Below are positions 20,335-30,312 of a stretch of 64,000 nucleotides of DNA, piece by piece. The stretch is from an uncultured delta proteobacterium (lineage in GTDB: Bacteria > Myxococcota_A > Polyangia > Haliangiales > Haliangiaceae), in the NCBI GenBank assembly GCA_963743525.1, contig CAVUQH010000008.1, forward strand, positions 32,001-96,000. Direction: 5' to 3'. The translations under genes and the position numbers were made by a program. Position 1 is the first letter of the stretch. Every line of letters begins with the position of its first letter. The notes beneath the pieces were generated by a model, which was not told where the DNA came from, made no database searches, and was given only the letters and a program-made list of their open reading frames with translations.

Positions 20335-21585
20335 ATGACTGTGACCGGAACGCTCGGAATCCTCGTGGGCGGTGGCCCCGCGCCGGGGATCAACTCGGTG
20401 ATCTCGGCAGCGACGATCGAGGCGCGAAACCGCGGGTACCGCGTGCTCGGCATCCACGAGGGGTTTCGCTGGTTGATGCAGCGCGACACCGAACATGTGC
20501 GCGAGCTGTCGCACGACGACGTCAGTCGCATCCACCTGACCGGCGGCTCGGTGCTGGGGACGGCCCGCGACAACCCGACCAAGCGCGACGAGTCGATGGT
20601 GGCCGTGGTCGACACGCTGACCCAACTCGGCGTCACCCACCTGGTGACCATCGGCGGCGACGACACTGCATTGTCGTCGAGTCACGTTGACCGGAATACC
20701 GGCAAGGGCATCCGCACCGCGCACGTGCCCAAGACCATCGACAACGATCTGCCGCTGCCGGATCACGTGCCGACGTTCGGCTTCCAGACCGCACGGCACG
20801 TCGGCGCCGAGGCCGTGCACAGCTTTGCCGAGGACGCCCGGTCGACGCGGCGCTGGTACGTGGTGGTGGCAATGGGCCGCCATGCTGGCCACCTGGCGCT
20901 GGGCATCGGCAAGGCGGCAGGCGCCACGCTCACCATCATCGCCGAGGAGCTCACCGCTCCGGTGGTCCCGTTCGGTGACATCTGCGACATCGTCGAGGGT
21001 GCGATCATCAAGCGGCGGGCGATGGGCATGCACCACGGCGTCGCGGTGCTGGCCGAGGGGTTGATCGGCAAGCTCGATCCGGCCGAGCTGGCCGAGCTAC
21101 AGGACATCGAACGCGACGATCACGGCCACATCCGCATGGCCGAGGTCGACCTGGCGCGCAAGATCAAGGTCGAGCTGCAGGGGCGGTTCTTGCGCCGCGG
21201 CATCAAGGTGCAGGTCACCAACAAGAAGATCGGCTACGAGCTGCGCTGCGCCGACCCGATCGCGTTCGACGCCGCCTACTGTCGCGACCTCGGCTATCAC
21301 GCGGTCCGCTTCATGGCCGAAGGCGGCTCCGGCGCCATGGTCACGGTGCAGGACGGCCGCATGGTGCCGATTCCGTTCGAGCAGATGCGCACTCCCGAGG
21401 GACGCACCCGCGTGCGCATGGTCGATCCGAAATCCGAGAGCTACCGCGTCGCCCGCGAGTACATGCTGCGGCTCGATCCCGAAGATTTCGCCGATCCGGC
21501 GTGGGTCGAGAAGCTGGCCGAGGCCGGTGGCACGACCGCCGACGAGCTGCGGGCGCGCTTTGCCCCCGGATTGGAGGTTCGCTGA
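20335..21585 (+). CDS. pfp: Pyrophosphate-dependent 6-phosphofructokinase (copy 1)
   Basis: GGGPAPGIN, GGDD, PKTIDND, MGR and GYELR motifs; Asp in GGDD and Lys in PKTIDND indicate PPi specificity. Confidence 0.9.
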   Translation: MTVTGTLGILVGGGPAPGINSVISAATIEARNRGYRVLGIHEGFRWLMQRDTEHVRELSHDDVSRIHLTGGSVLGTARDNPTKRDESMVAVVDTLTQLGVTHLVTIGGDDTALSSSHVDRNTGKGIRTAHVPKTIDNDLPLPDHVPTFGFQTARHVGAEAVHSFAEDARSTRRWYVVVAMGRHAGHLALGIGKAAGATLTIIAEELTAPVVPFGDICDIVEGAIIKRRAMGMHHGVAVLAEGLIGKLDPAELAELQDIERDDHGHIRMAEVDLARKIKVELQGRFLRRGIKVQVTNKKIGYELRCADPIAFDAAYCRDLGYHAVRFMAEGGSGAMVTVQDGRMVPIPFEQMRTPEGRTRVRMVDPKSESYRVAREYMLRLDPEDFADPAWVEKLAEAGGTTADELRARFAPGLEVR

Positions 21586-22838
21586 TGGCCATGAAGCGCA
21601 TCGGAATCATCGTCGGTGGCGGTCCCGCGCCGGGCACCAACGCGGCGATCGCGTCGGCGGCCATCGCCGCCATCCGCCGCGGCTGCGTGCCGGTCGGCTT
21701 CCACGACGGCTTCCACTGGTTGGCCCAGCGCTACACCGACGAGCAGCACGAGATGACCATCGCCGAAGTGTCGCGCGCGCACCTGATGGGCGGCGTCATG
21801 CTGCGTTCGTCGCGCGCCGATCCGGCGGCCGATCCGACCCGCTTGCGCAACACCGTTAACGCGCTGCGCAAGCTGGCCATCGACGGGCTGGTGGCCATCG
21901 GCGGCGACGACATGGTGCGCAGCGCGCTGGCCATCGAGCGCGAGTCGGGCGGGCGCATTCGCGTGGTCCTGGTGCCCAAGACCATCGACAACGATCTGGC
22001 GCTGCCGGCTCCGGTCGAGACCCTGGGCTACGAGACCGCGCGGCACGTCGCGGTGCAGCTGGTCAAGAACCTGATGGAGGACGCGCGGACCACCGGCCGC
22101 TGGTATCTGGGCGTGACCATGGGCCGCCCGACCGGGCACCTGACCCTGGGCATCGGCAAGGCGGCCAGCGCCACCTGCACCATCATCCCCGAGGAGTTCG
22201 GGCCCGGCGCGGTGAGCCTGTCCGACATCGCCGACATCGTCGAGGGCTCGATCATCAAGCGCCGGGCATTGGGCAAGCCGCACGGCGTGGCGCTGCTCAG
22301 CGAGGCGCTGGTCGAGCGGTTCGATCCCGCCGAGGTCGAGGAGCTGCAGGACGTCGACCGCGACGCCCAGGGCAACATCCGCGTCACCGAGATCGACCTC
22401 GGCCGCAAGGTGCTCAACCAGGTGTCCATGCGCCTGGAGAAGCGCGGCATCAAGGTGTCGATCGTCGACAAGACCATCGGCTACGAGCTGCGCTGCGCGC
22501 CGCCGCTGCCGATGGAGGTCGAGTACGCCCGCGACCTCGGCTACGCGGCGGTGCGCCATCTGATCGCCGGCGGCGGCGGCGCGGCCATCACCATTCAGGC
22601 CGGCGCGCCGCGGGCGGTGGCGCTGGCCGACTGCGTCGACCCGGCCACCGGGCGCGGCCGCCAGCGCGCCGTCGACGTCACCCGCGAGGAGTACCAGGTC
22701 GCGCGCGCCTACATGATCCGCCTGGAGCCGTCGGACTTCGTCGACGACGACCGGGTGGCGTCACTGGCTCGCGCGGGCGGGCTCGACGTGGATGCCTTCC
22801 GCAGCCACTTCGCTCGCCTCGCCGGCGCGCCGGCGTAG
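21585..22838 (+). CDS. pfp: Pyrophosphate-dependent 6-phosphofructokinase (copy 2, divergent paralog)
   Basis: GGGPAPGTN, GGDD, PKTIDND, MGR, GYELR; TGATG coupling to copy 1. Confidence 0.85.
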   Translation: MAMKRIGIIVGGGPAPGTNAAIASAAIAAIRRGCVPVGFHDGFHWLAQRYTDEQHEMTIAEVSRAHLMGGVMLRSSRADPAADPTRLRNTVNALRKLAIDGLVAIGGDDMVRSALAIERESGGRIRVVLVPKTIDNDLALPAPVETLGYETARHVAVQLVKNLMEDARTTGRWYLGVTMGRPTGHLTLGIGKAASATCTIIPEEFGPGAVSLSDIADIVEGSIIKRRALGKPHGVALLSEALVERFDPAEVEELQDVDRDAQGNIRVTEIDLGRKVLNQVSMRLEKRGIKVSIVDKTIGYELRCAPPLPMEVEYARDLGYAAVRHLIAGGGGAAITIQAGAPRAVALADCVDPATGRGRQRAVDVTREEYQVARAYMIRLEPSDFVDDDRVASLARAGGLDVDAFRSHFARLAGAPA

Positions 22839-22841
22839 CGG

Positions 22842-23073
22842 TCAGGGGCAGGCCAGGCCGGCGGTGGTTGACGTCGAACCCCATATCGGTGGGCCCCTCG
22901 GCAACCACGCTGACCTCCATGTGGGGTGTGGCGGCGCCCGGATCGGTCTCGACCAGCTCGATGCGATAGGCGGCCAGGGCGTCTGCCGCCGGCGCCGAAT
23001 CTACGGCAGTGCTGCTGTTGTCGCCGGCGCAGGCAACAAGCAGAAGGGAGAGCGCGAGCAGTGTGGCCTTCAT
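22842..23073 (-). CDS. Small lipoprotein, apparently frameshifted or truncated near its 3' end
   Basis: MKATLLALSLLLVAC lipobox; removing one base near 22870 gives ...TTAGLACP-stop at 22842, otherwise the frame runs into pfp copy 2. Confidence 0.45.
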
Positions 23074-23081
23074 CGGTCGCT

Positions 23082-23420
23082 TCAGTTGTTGGGCAGGCAG
23101 GGGACGCAGGCGCCGACCAGCTGGCCGTTGCAGTCGGCGTCGACGCACACGCCGCAGCCGATGTTGTCCCTGATGTAGGCGGGCACCTCGTCGGGCGCGA
23201 CCGAGCAGATGCCGTCGTCGGAGCCGTCGTCGCCGCCGACCGGGACGACGACCGCATCGAGCTGCGCCGGCAGGTCGGCGGCAGTGGCGATCGCGCGGGC
23301 GCCGTCGTAGTCCCACACGGTGACCTGGACGGCACCCTGGGACGGCGCCTCGTCGGCGACGCAGGCGCCGAAGCCGGCGAGAAGAGCGATCGAGATGGCG
23401 ATGTGAACGAGCCTGGTCAT
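23082..23420 (-). CDS. Small Cys-rich lipoprotein
   Basis: LAGFGAC lipobox, AGGGGG RBS, six C-terminal Cys (C...CGVC...C...CVPC). Confidence 0.7.
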   Translation of the reverse strand: MTRLVHIAISIALLAGFGACVADEAPSQGAVQVTVWDYDGARAIATAADLPAQLDAVVVPVGGDDGSDDGICSVAPDEVPAYIRDNIGCGVCVDADCNGQLVGACVPCLPNN

Positions 23421-23453
23421 GTTGGTCCCCCTGGTTGTTGACGCGCTGGGTAG

Positions 23454-23469
23454 TGCAGCGGTCGTGCCA
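23454..23469 (-). promoter_or_regulatory. sigma54 (-24/-12) promoter for the small lipoprotein pair
   Basis: Minus strand TGGCACG-ACCG-CTGCA about 35 nt upstream of ATG 23420, directly downstream of a sigma54 activator remnant. Confidence 0.65.
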
Positions 23470-23591
23470 CCCGCCAGGGCGCAGGTAAGCGCTCGCAATG
23501 ACCCGCGAAACCACGCCGCGACTGGGGCGAGTTCCCATGGTGGGAAGCGCCCCGATCGTTCCCGACTTCCCATGCTGGGAAGCCGCGCCGG

Positions 23592-24328
23592 TCAGCTCTC
23601 TCGCGCGCGCGGAATGCCCAACCGGGCCATCTTGGTTGAACAGCCAGCGGCGCGAGATCCCGCGCCCGTGCCGCGTCCGTCAGCGCGATGTCCGATGACT
23701 CGCCCATTCGCCGGGCCGCGGCGCGGGCGAACTGCTCGGCCAGCGGCAGGATCTCCTCGCCGCGCTCGCGCAGCGGCGGGATGGTCAGGCTGAACCCGTT
23801 GAGGCGGAAGAACAGATGAGCGTCCAGCAGGCCGATCTTGCGCTGGGTGGCGCCGGTGAAGGCACCCTTCTCGTGGCCGAACAGCTCGCTCTCGAGCAAG
23901 GTCTCGCTGAATCCGGCGCAGTTCAGCCGCAGCAGCGGCTGGTCGGCACGCGGTGACAACCGGTGCAGCTCCTCGGCGACGATCTCCTTGCCGACGCCGG
24001 TCTCGCCCAGCACCAGAACGTTGACGCCACCGCGTGCGACTCGCGGAAGCAGTCCGTGCAGCTCGCGCATCGCCGGGCTCTCGATGACCAGGCCGGGGTT
24101 GGCGTCAACCTCGTCGTCGGGGCGGATGGCATCGCAGGCGGCGGCGAACAGATCGTCGGCCGAGCGCGCGTCGGTCGGGTGACAGGCCGCGCCGACCAGG
24201 CCGCCCACCAGCGCCTGCGCTTCGCCGGCGACCGCGCGAACCTTGCCAGGGAGCTGGCCGGTCGCGCCGAAGCCGGCTTTGCCGCCCTGGGGCCCGGCCG
24301 CGCCAGCGAGCGTGCGGCCGTGCGCCAT
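23592..24328 (-). pseudogene. Degraded sigma54-dependent (NtrC/Fis-type) enhancer-binding protein
   Basis: GETGVGKE Walker A and ESELFGHEKGAFTGA present; Walker B region and WPGN(V/I)REL region absent; HTH tail GISRRWLFN-KMARLGIPRARES* out of frame. Confidence 0.8.
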
Positions 24329-24348
24329 TGGCTGGCATACTCGGCGCG

Positions 24349-25542
24349 ATGAGCAACGGCGAAGACCCCTGGGCTGGCGCAGATCCCAACGCGCCCGACT
24401 TCAAGGACGAGCTGCACGCGCGCTACCACGCGCTGCGCAGCAAATACCCGGTGCACAGAACGCCGCGGGGGATGTGGCGGCTGACCCGCTACGACGACTG
24501 CCAGAAGCTGCTCAAGCACAGCAAGGGCGGGGTGCGCACCAGCGGCGGGATCCTGCCGTTCGTCAACGAGAAGACCACCTTCGCCCAGTTCATGCTGCAG
24601 CAGGATCCGCCCAACCACACCCGGCTGCGGTCGCTGGTGCAGAAGGCGTTCACGCCGCGGGCGTTGGCCAACATCGAGGAGAAGATCGCGCGCACCACCG
24701 ACGAGCTGCTCGACGCCGTGGCCGATCAGCAGCGGATCGATCTGGTCGCCAGCCTGGCCCAGCCGCTGCCGTCGGCGATGATCTGCGACATGCTCGGCGT
24801 GCCCCTCGACGATCGGGCCGAGTTCATCGGCTGGACCGGCGACTTCACCTACTCGCTGCTGGGCCCGTTCGCCAGCGACGAGCAGCGGACCCGGGCCAAC
24901 GCCGCCGGCGCAAAGCTCGAGCAATACGTCACGGAGTTGATCGACGAGCGCCGGTCGCAGCCGGCCGACGATCTGCTCACGCTGCTGATCCGCGCCGAAG
25001 AGCAGGGCGACCGGCTGACGCACGACGAGCTGGTCGCGCAGAGCGTCGGCCTGCTGATCGCCGGGTTCGAGACCACCACCGGGCTGATCGCCAACGGCGC
25101 CCGCGCGCTGATCATGCACCCGGATCAGCTCGCCCGCCTGCGCGCGCAGCCCGAGCTGATCGACAGCGCGGTCGAGGAGTGCCTGCGCTTCGACCCGCCG
25201 ATCGTCGCCACCGGTCGCTTCCTCCACGAGGAGACCGAGTTCGGCGGCCGGATGCTGCCCAGGGATTCGCGGGTCATGGCCATCATCATCGCCGCCAACC
25301 GCGACCCGGAGCAGTTCCCCGACCCGGACCGCTTCGACATTGCGCGCACGCCCAACCGGCACATGGCGTTTGGCGGCGGCGTGCACAACTGCCTGGGTGG
25401 ACACCTCGCTCGGCTCGAGGGTCGCGCCGCCTTCGGTCGCCTGTTCGAGCGCCTGGGCGACCTGCAGCTCGAGAGCGAAAAGGTCACCTGGGGCCCGTCA
25501 GTGTTCCGCATCCCCGGCGAGCTATGGGTGACCCGGAGCTGA
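24349..25542 (+). CDS. Cytochrome P450
   Basis: DPPNHTRLR, AGFETT I-helix, EECLR (ExxR), FGGGVHNCLG heme motif. Confidence 0.96.
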   Translation: MSNGEDPWAGADPNAPDFKDELHARYHALRSKYPVHRTPRGMWRLTRYDDCQKLLKHSKGGVRTSGGILPFVNEKTTFAQFMLQQDPPNHTRLRSLVQKAFTPRALANIEEKIARTTDELLDAVADQQRIDLVASLAQPLPSAMICDMLGVPLDDRAEFIGWTGDFTYSLLGPFASDEQRTRANAAGAKLEQYVTELIDERRSQPADDLLTLLIRAEEQGDRLTHDELVAQSVGLLIAGFETTTGLIANGARALIMHPDQLARLRAQPELIDSAVEECLRFDPPIVATGRFLHEETEFGGRMLPRDSRVMAIIIAANRDPEQFPDPDRFDIARTPNRHMAFGGGVHNCLGGHLARLEGRAAFGRLFERLGDLQLESEKVTWGPSVFRIPGELWVTRS

Positions 25543-25563
25543 TCTCGCCGAGGCCTGGTCGCG

Positions 25564-26262
25564 CTAGCGCAACTCGGCGATCGCCCCGTCGAGCCAGTCG
25601 AGGTACCAGGCAGCGAACGTGGTCCGCTCGCGGTCGCCGCGGCTGACGGGCGCGATGCCGAGCTGGTCGGCCGAGGCGTCATGCCAGACGTGCCCGGCCT
25701 CGGGCCCGCTGACGACCAACCAGTCGCGCAGCGCGCACCCGTGGTGGCAGATGGGAATGCAGCCGAACTGGGTGCCGACGGCTGCCCAGTAGGCTTCCTC
25801 TGCCTCGCCTGCCTCGTCCCCGTCGAACCACTCGTCCCTGGCCGCCTCGTACTCTTCGGCCGTCTCGTAGTCGTCGGGTCGGGGGGCGCCGCGCTCGGCG
25901 ATGGTGAGGTCGTTCCACTGGCTCTGGTGGGGAAACGGCTTTCCCGGCGCAAGCTTCCACGTGGTCCACGGCGCGTAGCCGTAGCTGTCGTCGATCATGC
26001 CGAACGGCAGCACGCCGTAGCCCGGTCCGGCCCCGCCGCCACCGAGCTCGGTGACGAACGCCCGGTAGTCGGCGGGAAACTGGAACCCGTGGGTCGTCTC
26101 CATGGCCGTGACGGTGTCGTTGCCGACGGTCGCGGCGAGGCGATACTCGTGACTGCTGGCGCCGAAGATCGACAGCTTGGGATCGAGCCGCCGGAGCTCC
26201 GCGAGACCTGTTCGCACTCGTTCGACGAAGCCGACGGCGGCTGCGCGACGTTTCGCGCCCAT
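25564..26262 (-). CDS. SMI1/KNR4 (SUKH) family protein
   Basis: ETTHGFQFPADYRAFVTELGGGGAGPGYG, ICHHGC...LVVSGPEAGHVW, FAAWYLDWLD motifs. Confidence 0.8.
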   Translation of the reverse strand: MGAKRRAAAVGFVERVRTGLAELRRLDPKLSIFGASSHEYRLAATVGNDTVTAMETTHGFQFPADYRAFVTELGGGGAGPGYGVLPFGMIDDSYGYAPWTTWKLAPGKPFPHQSQWNDLTIAERGAPRPDDYETAEEYEAARDEWFDGDEAGEAEEAYWAAVGTQFGCIPICHHGCALRDWLVVSGPEAGHVWHDASADQLGIAPVSRGDRERTTFAAWYLDWLDGAIAELR

Positions 26263-27038
26263 CAGGCGACCGGTGGAGTGACGAGGGCGAAGGCGGCGCC
26301 CTGCGGATCGAGCAGCTGCACGATCCGCTGGCCACCGGGAACCTCCATCGGTCCATTGAGGACGGTGGCGCCGCGGGCCTTGGCCCGATCGAGGGTGCCG
26401 TCGAGGTCGTCGGTGGTCACGTAGAACATCCACGACGGCGGCACCGCGCGGCCGTCGGGCGTCTTCATGCCCTCGGGCATGGTCATCATGCCGCCGAGCT
26501 GGACGCCGTTGCGGCCCCACAAGAGGTAGATGCCCATCGGTCCCATGTCGTGCTCGCCCAGCTTCTCCCAGCCGGCGATCTGCTGATAGAAGGAGAAGGC
26601 TGCCTGGTAGTCGGTGGTGTACAGCTCGTGCCACGAGAACTCGCCCGGCTGCGACGCGTCGTGGGACGTCATTTCGTTGGCTGGCCGGAAGACCGACAGC
26701 ACGGCGCCTTGCGGATCGGCGATCACGGCGAAGCGGCCGACCTCGGGCACCTCTTCGGTGTGGATGATGCGCCCGCCCAGCTCCACGACCCTGGCGACAG
26801 TGGCGTCGAGGTCGGCGACCTCGACGTTGGCCTGCCAGAACGGCGAGGCGCCCATCTGCACGGCGGCGTCGGGCAGCTGGGTAACGCCGCCCAGCGGCCC
26901 CTGGCTGCCGACCCACATGGTGTAGTCGTCACCGAACGGCTCGGTCTTCCAGCCGATGACCTCGGTGTAGAAGGCGATCGCGCCCTGCGGATCGCTGGTG
27001 AGCAACTCGAACCAAACGAAGCGACCGGTTTCAGCCAT
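26262..27038 (-). CDS. VOC (glyoxalase/bleomycin resistance) family two-domain protein
   Basis: Duplicated WFELLTSD / [10 protein letters not shown]...GW, DPQGA motifs; joined to the upstream ORF in the track only because of a frameshift. Confidence 0.9.
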   Translation of the reverse strand: MAETGRFVWFELLTSDPQGAIAFYTEVIGWKTEPFGDDYTMWVGSQGPLGGVTQLPDAAVQMGASPFWQANVEVADLDATVARVVELGGRIIHTEEVPEVGRFAVIADPQGAVLSVFRPANEMTSHDASQPGEFSWHELYTTDYQAAFSFYQQIAGWEKLGEHDMGPMGIYLLWGRNGVQLGGMMTMPEGMKTPDGRAVPPSWMFYVTTDDLDGTLDRAKARGATVLNGPMEVPGGQRIVQLLDPQGAAFALVTPPVA

Positions 27039-27150
27039 GGCCGGCAGCATCACCGATCGGTCGCGGGTTGTCGACCGCGGGCCAGGAGATGATGACCGGG
27101 GAAAGGCGGGCTGTCGGAGGCGACCGCGGCCACCCACCGACAGCGTCCGT

Positions 27151-29777
27151 TCAGCGCCGGGTGACCGCCACGCGCCGGCGGCGCGCCAGCGCGAGGGCCA
27201 TGGCGACCAGCAGTAGCGACGCCGGACCGCCGTCGCCGCCGGCATCGCAGCCGCCGCCCGAGCCCATCTTGGGATCACACGCGTCACCCAACCCATCCGC
27301 GTCGCTGTCCGACTGATTGGCGTTGGGGACGAACGGGCAGTTGTCGTCTCTATTGGTGACGCCGTCGCCGTCCGCGTCGAGACCGTCGGAGGTGTCGCAG
27401 GCATCGCCCAGGCCGTCGGAATCGGCATCTGCCTGATCGGCATTGGCGACGAACGGGCAGTTGTCGGCGGTGTTGGCGACGCCGTCACCGTCGACGTCGT
27501 TGCCGTTGGAGTCGTCGCAGGCGTCGCCGATGCCGTCGGAGTCGACGTCTTCCTGGCCGGCGTTGGCGACGAACGGGCAGTTGTCGGCGGCGTTGGCGAC
27601 GCCGTCACCGTCAACGTCGAGGCCAACGGAGGTGTCGCAGGCATCGCCGATGCCGTTGCCGTCGGAGTCGCTCTGCGAGCTGTTGGCGACGAACGGGCAG
27701 TTGTTGACTGCGTTGGCGACCCCGTCACCGTCGACGTCGAGGCCGTCGGTGTTGTCGCAGGCGTCGCCGAGCCCGTCACCATCGCTGTCGGTCTGGGCGT
27801 TGTTGGCGACGAACGGGCAGTTGTCTGCGCTGTTGGCGATGCCGTCACCGTCGACGTCGAGGCCGTCGGAGCTGTCGCAGGCGTCGCCGAGCCCGTCACC
27901 ATCGGTGTCGGTCTGGGCGTTGTTGGCGACGAACGGGCAGTTGTCTGCGCTGTTGGCGATGCCGTCACCGTCGACGTCGAGGCCGTCGGAGCTGTCGCAG
28001 GCGTCGCCGAGCCCGTCACCATCGGTGTCGGTCTGGGCGTTGTTGGCGACGAACGGGCAGTTGTCGGCGGCTGTTGATCGACGCCGTCGCCATCGACGTC
28101 GTTGCCGTCGGAGCTGTCACAGGCGTCGCCGAGCCCGTCGCCGTCGGAGTCGGTCTGGGCGTTGTTGGCGACGAACGGGCAGTTGTCGGCGGCGTTGATC
28201 ACGCCGTCGCCATCGACATCCAGGTTGTTGGTGGCGTCGCAGGCGTCGCCGATGCCGTCACCGTCGGTGTCGGTCTGATCGTTGGCGATCAGGGGGCAGT
28301 TGTCGAAGGCGTCGGCGAAGCCGTCCTGATCCAGGTCGCTGCCGCCGCTCACGGTGTCGCAGGCGTCGCCGATGCCGTCTGCATCCACGTCGGCCTGCCC
28401 GGCATTTGCCACCAGCGGGCAGTTGTCCGCCGCGTTGGTGACGCCGTCGCCGTCTTCGTCTTCGCCGTAGACTCCGGTCGAGTTGGCGAACACCGCGCTG
28501 TTCGAGACCGAGGCGCTGCCGCCGTTGTTGTACAGCGCGCCCTCGACGCCCTGGCCGGACTCGCCGGGGGCGTGGGCGTAGCTCGCCCCGCCACCGCCGC
28601 CAAACGCCGCGTTTCCGCTGATCAGCGTGTTCGTGATGGTCGCGGATCCCGAGCTGTCAACGAAGATCGCGCCGCCGATGCCAGCGCCGCCGCCGCCGCC
28701 GCCGCCGCCGGAGTAGACGGCGTCGGATCCCGCGCCGCCGCCGAAGCCACCCGGGCCGCCACCCTGGCCGCTGCCGTTGCCGGTTTGCGCGCCGCTGCCG
28801 CCGCCGCCGCCGCCGAAGCCGCCCGCACCGCCCGCGTAGCCGACCGCGCTGGTGCTGGCACCACCGCCGCCGCCGCCGCCGAAACCGCCCGCGCCACCCG
28901 TCGCCGTGCCCGCGCCGCCGCTGCCGCCGTTGCCGCCGCCACCGCCGCCCGTCCCGTTGTACGAGCCGTTGTTGCCGCTGCTGTTGCCGCCGTTGCCGCC
29001 GAACGCGACGTTGCCGGTGAACTGTCCGTTGGTGATGGTCACCGTGCCTCGAGTGAACAAGCCCCCGCCCAGGCCAGCGCCGCCACCGCCGCCACCACCG
29101 GCGCCGGCGGTGGTTCCATTGCTGCCGGTGCCGCCGAACGCGATGTTGTCTTTGACCGTGGTGTTGACCAGCGACAGCGTGCTGGTAGAGACGTTGAAGA
29201 TGCCGCCGCCACCGCCCATGTCGGTGCCACCGGTGGGGATCGTGCCGTCACTTCCCAGGGCTACATTGCCGGTGACGATGACGGAGTCGAGGGTCAGCGT
29301 CGCGTTGTCGTTGAGGATGCCACCGCCTCCGCCCACGATGCGTCCGCCGGTGATGGTGAGGTCCTGGATGGTGACGATCGCGCCGATCGTGTGCACGACC
29401 CGGTCGATACCGCCGCCGTCGATCGTGGCGCGTCCGTTCAGCACCGTGATGGTGAGGTCGCTGGAAATGTCGAGGTCGCCGGTCTGGTTGGCGTCCTCGC
29501 TGGCGCCGGCGACGGTCAGCAGATAGGTGCTGCCGGCCGTGAGTCGCACGACGTCGGCGCCGGAGCCGGCGGTGCATCCGTCGACAGCGGCGTCGGTATT
29601 CGCCGCCTCGATCGCCTCGCGCAGTGAGCAGTCGCCCGCGGTGTCGATCCCGTCGGCTTCGGTATCGACGACGATTGTCGCGGCCGCGGCGCCGCGAGCG
29701 GCAATCGCCACCCCGAATGCGCAGACAGCTACGCCAACCGCTCGCCGCAGTGAGCTCGAACGCGTGGAAATCCCCAT
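27151..29777 (-). CDS. Surface protein: CSLREA domain, Gly-rich beta-helix, thrombospondin type-3 repeats, MYXO-CTERM-like tail (frameshift near 28072-28080)
   Basis: GDCSLREAI motif; about 10 DxDGDG...DNCP...DAC repeats; C-terminus GGGCDAGG...[15 protein letters not shown]; two extra bases at ~28072 and ~28080 relative to the sister repeat. Confidence 0.85.
27440..28215 (-). repeat. Near-identical 120-bp tandem repeats encoding TSP3 units
   Basis: Sequence lines at 27781, 27901 and 28021 are almost base-identical; period 120 bp = 40 aa. Confidence 0.85.
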
Positions 29778-29863
29778 CGCGGTACTTTTGCACAAAAACG
29801 CGCGATGAACATTACAAAACAGGGGCGAAACCACGCGTTTCGCCGCTCGACCATCCGGAGTGA

Positions 29864-30247
29864 CTACGACAGGAACGGCGGCACGCGGTCGCGCGGTCGG
29901 CCGATGATGGCGCGTTCACCGCGGACGATCACCGGTCGCTGGAGCAGCTGGCCGTGCTTCTCGAGGATGTTGACGACCGCCTTCGGGTTGCCGACGTAAT
30001 CCTCGGCGCGCAGGCCCAGCTTCTTGAACTGGGAATCCTTGCGCACCAGGTCTTCGACCGGGTCCTCGACGATCGCGACCAGGTGCTCGAGCGCGGCGCG
30101 ATCCGGACGCTCGGCCTTCTTCATGTACAGAACCGGAGTGAAGCTGATCCCTTTTTCCTCGGCGACCGCCGTGGCGTAGACCGAGGTGCTTCAATTCGGG
30201 TTGTGATAGATGGTGACGGACGCGTTGGTCCGCGGCTTCAGGCCCAT
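29864..30247 (-). CDS. arsC: ArsC/Spx-family (arsenate reductase-like) protein, probable selenoprotein (Sec19)
   Basis: Frame from ATG 30247 reads [24 protein letters not shown] and continues in frame into ORF 29864..30124 with LLQRPVI...IGRP; TGA (30191-30193) sits at the catalytic Cys of the HNPxC motif. Confidence 0.85.
30157..30186 (-). promoter_or_regulatory. Candidate bacterial SECIS hairpin
   Basis: Starting 4 nt after the UGA: CCUCGG-UCUA-CGC-CACG-GCG-GUCG-CCGAGG stem-loop. Confidence 0.5.
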
Positions 30248-30312
30248 GCCTGTTGGTAACCCAGGCGCGCCGGCTGCTCAAGTGCCCGCGGCATCGATGG
30301 TACGTTCGCGTC

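Noticed and set aside
28660..29110. GCC-rich low-complexity tracts as DNA repeat elements or PE-PGRS genes
   Set aside because: They encode poly-Gly turns of the surface protein; there is no PE domain.
26262..29834. 1190-aa ORF fusing a CSLREA adhesin to a glyoxalase
   Set aside because: Artefact of the frameshift at ~28075; the PTTARSS repeats are the TSP3 array read out of frame.
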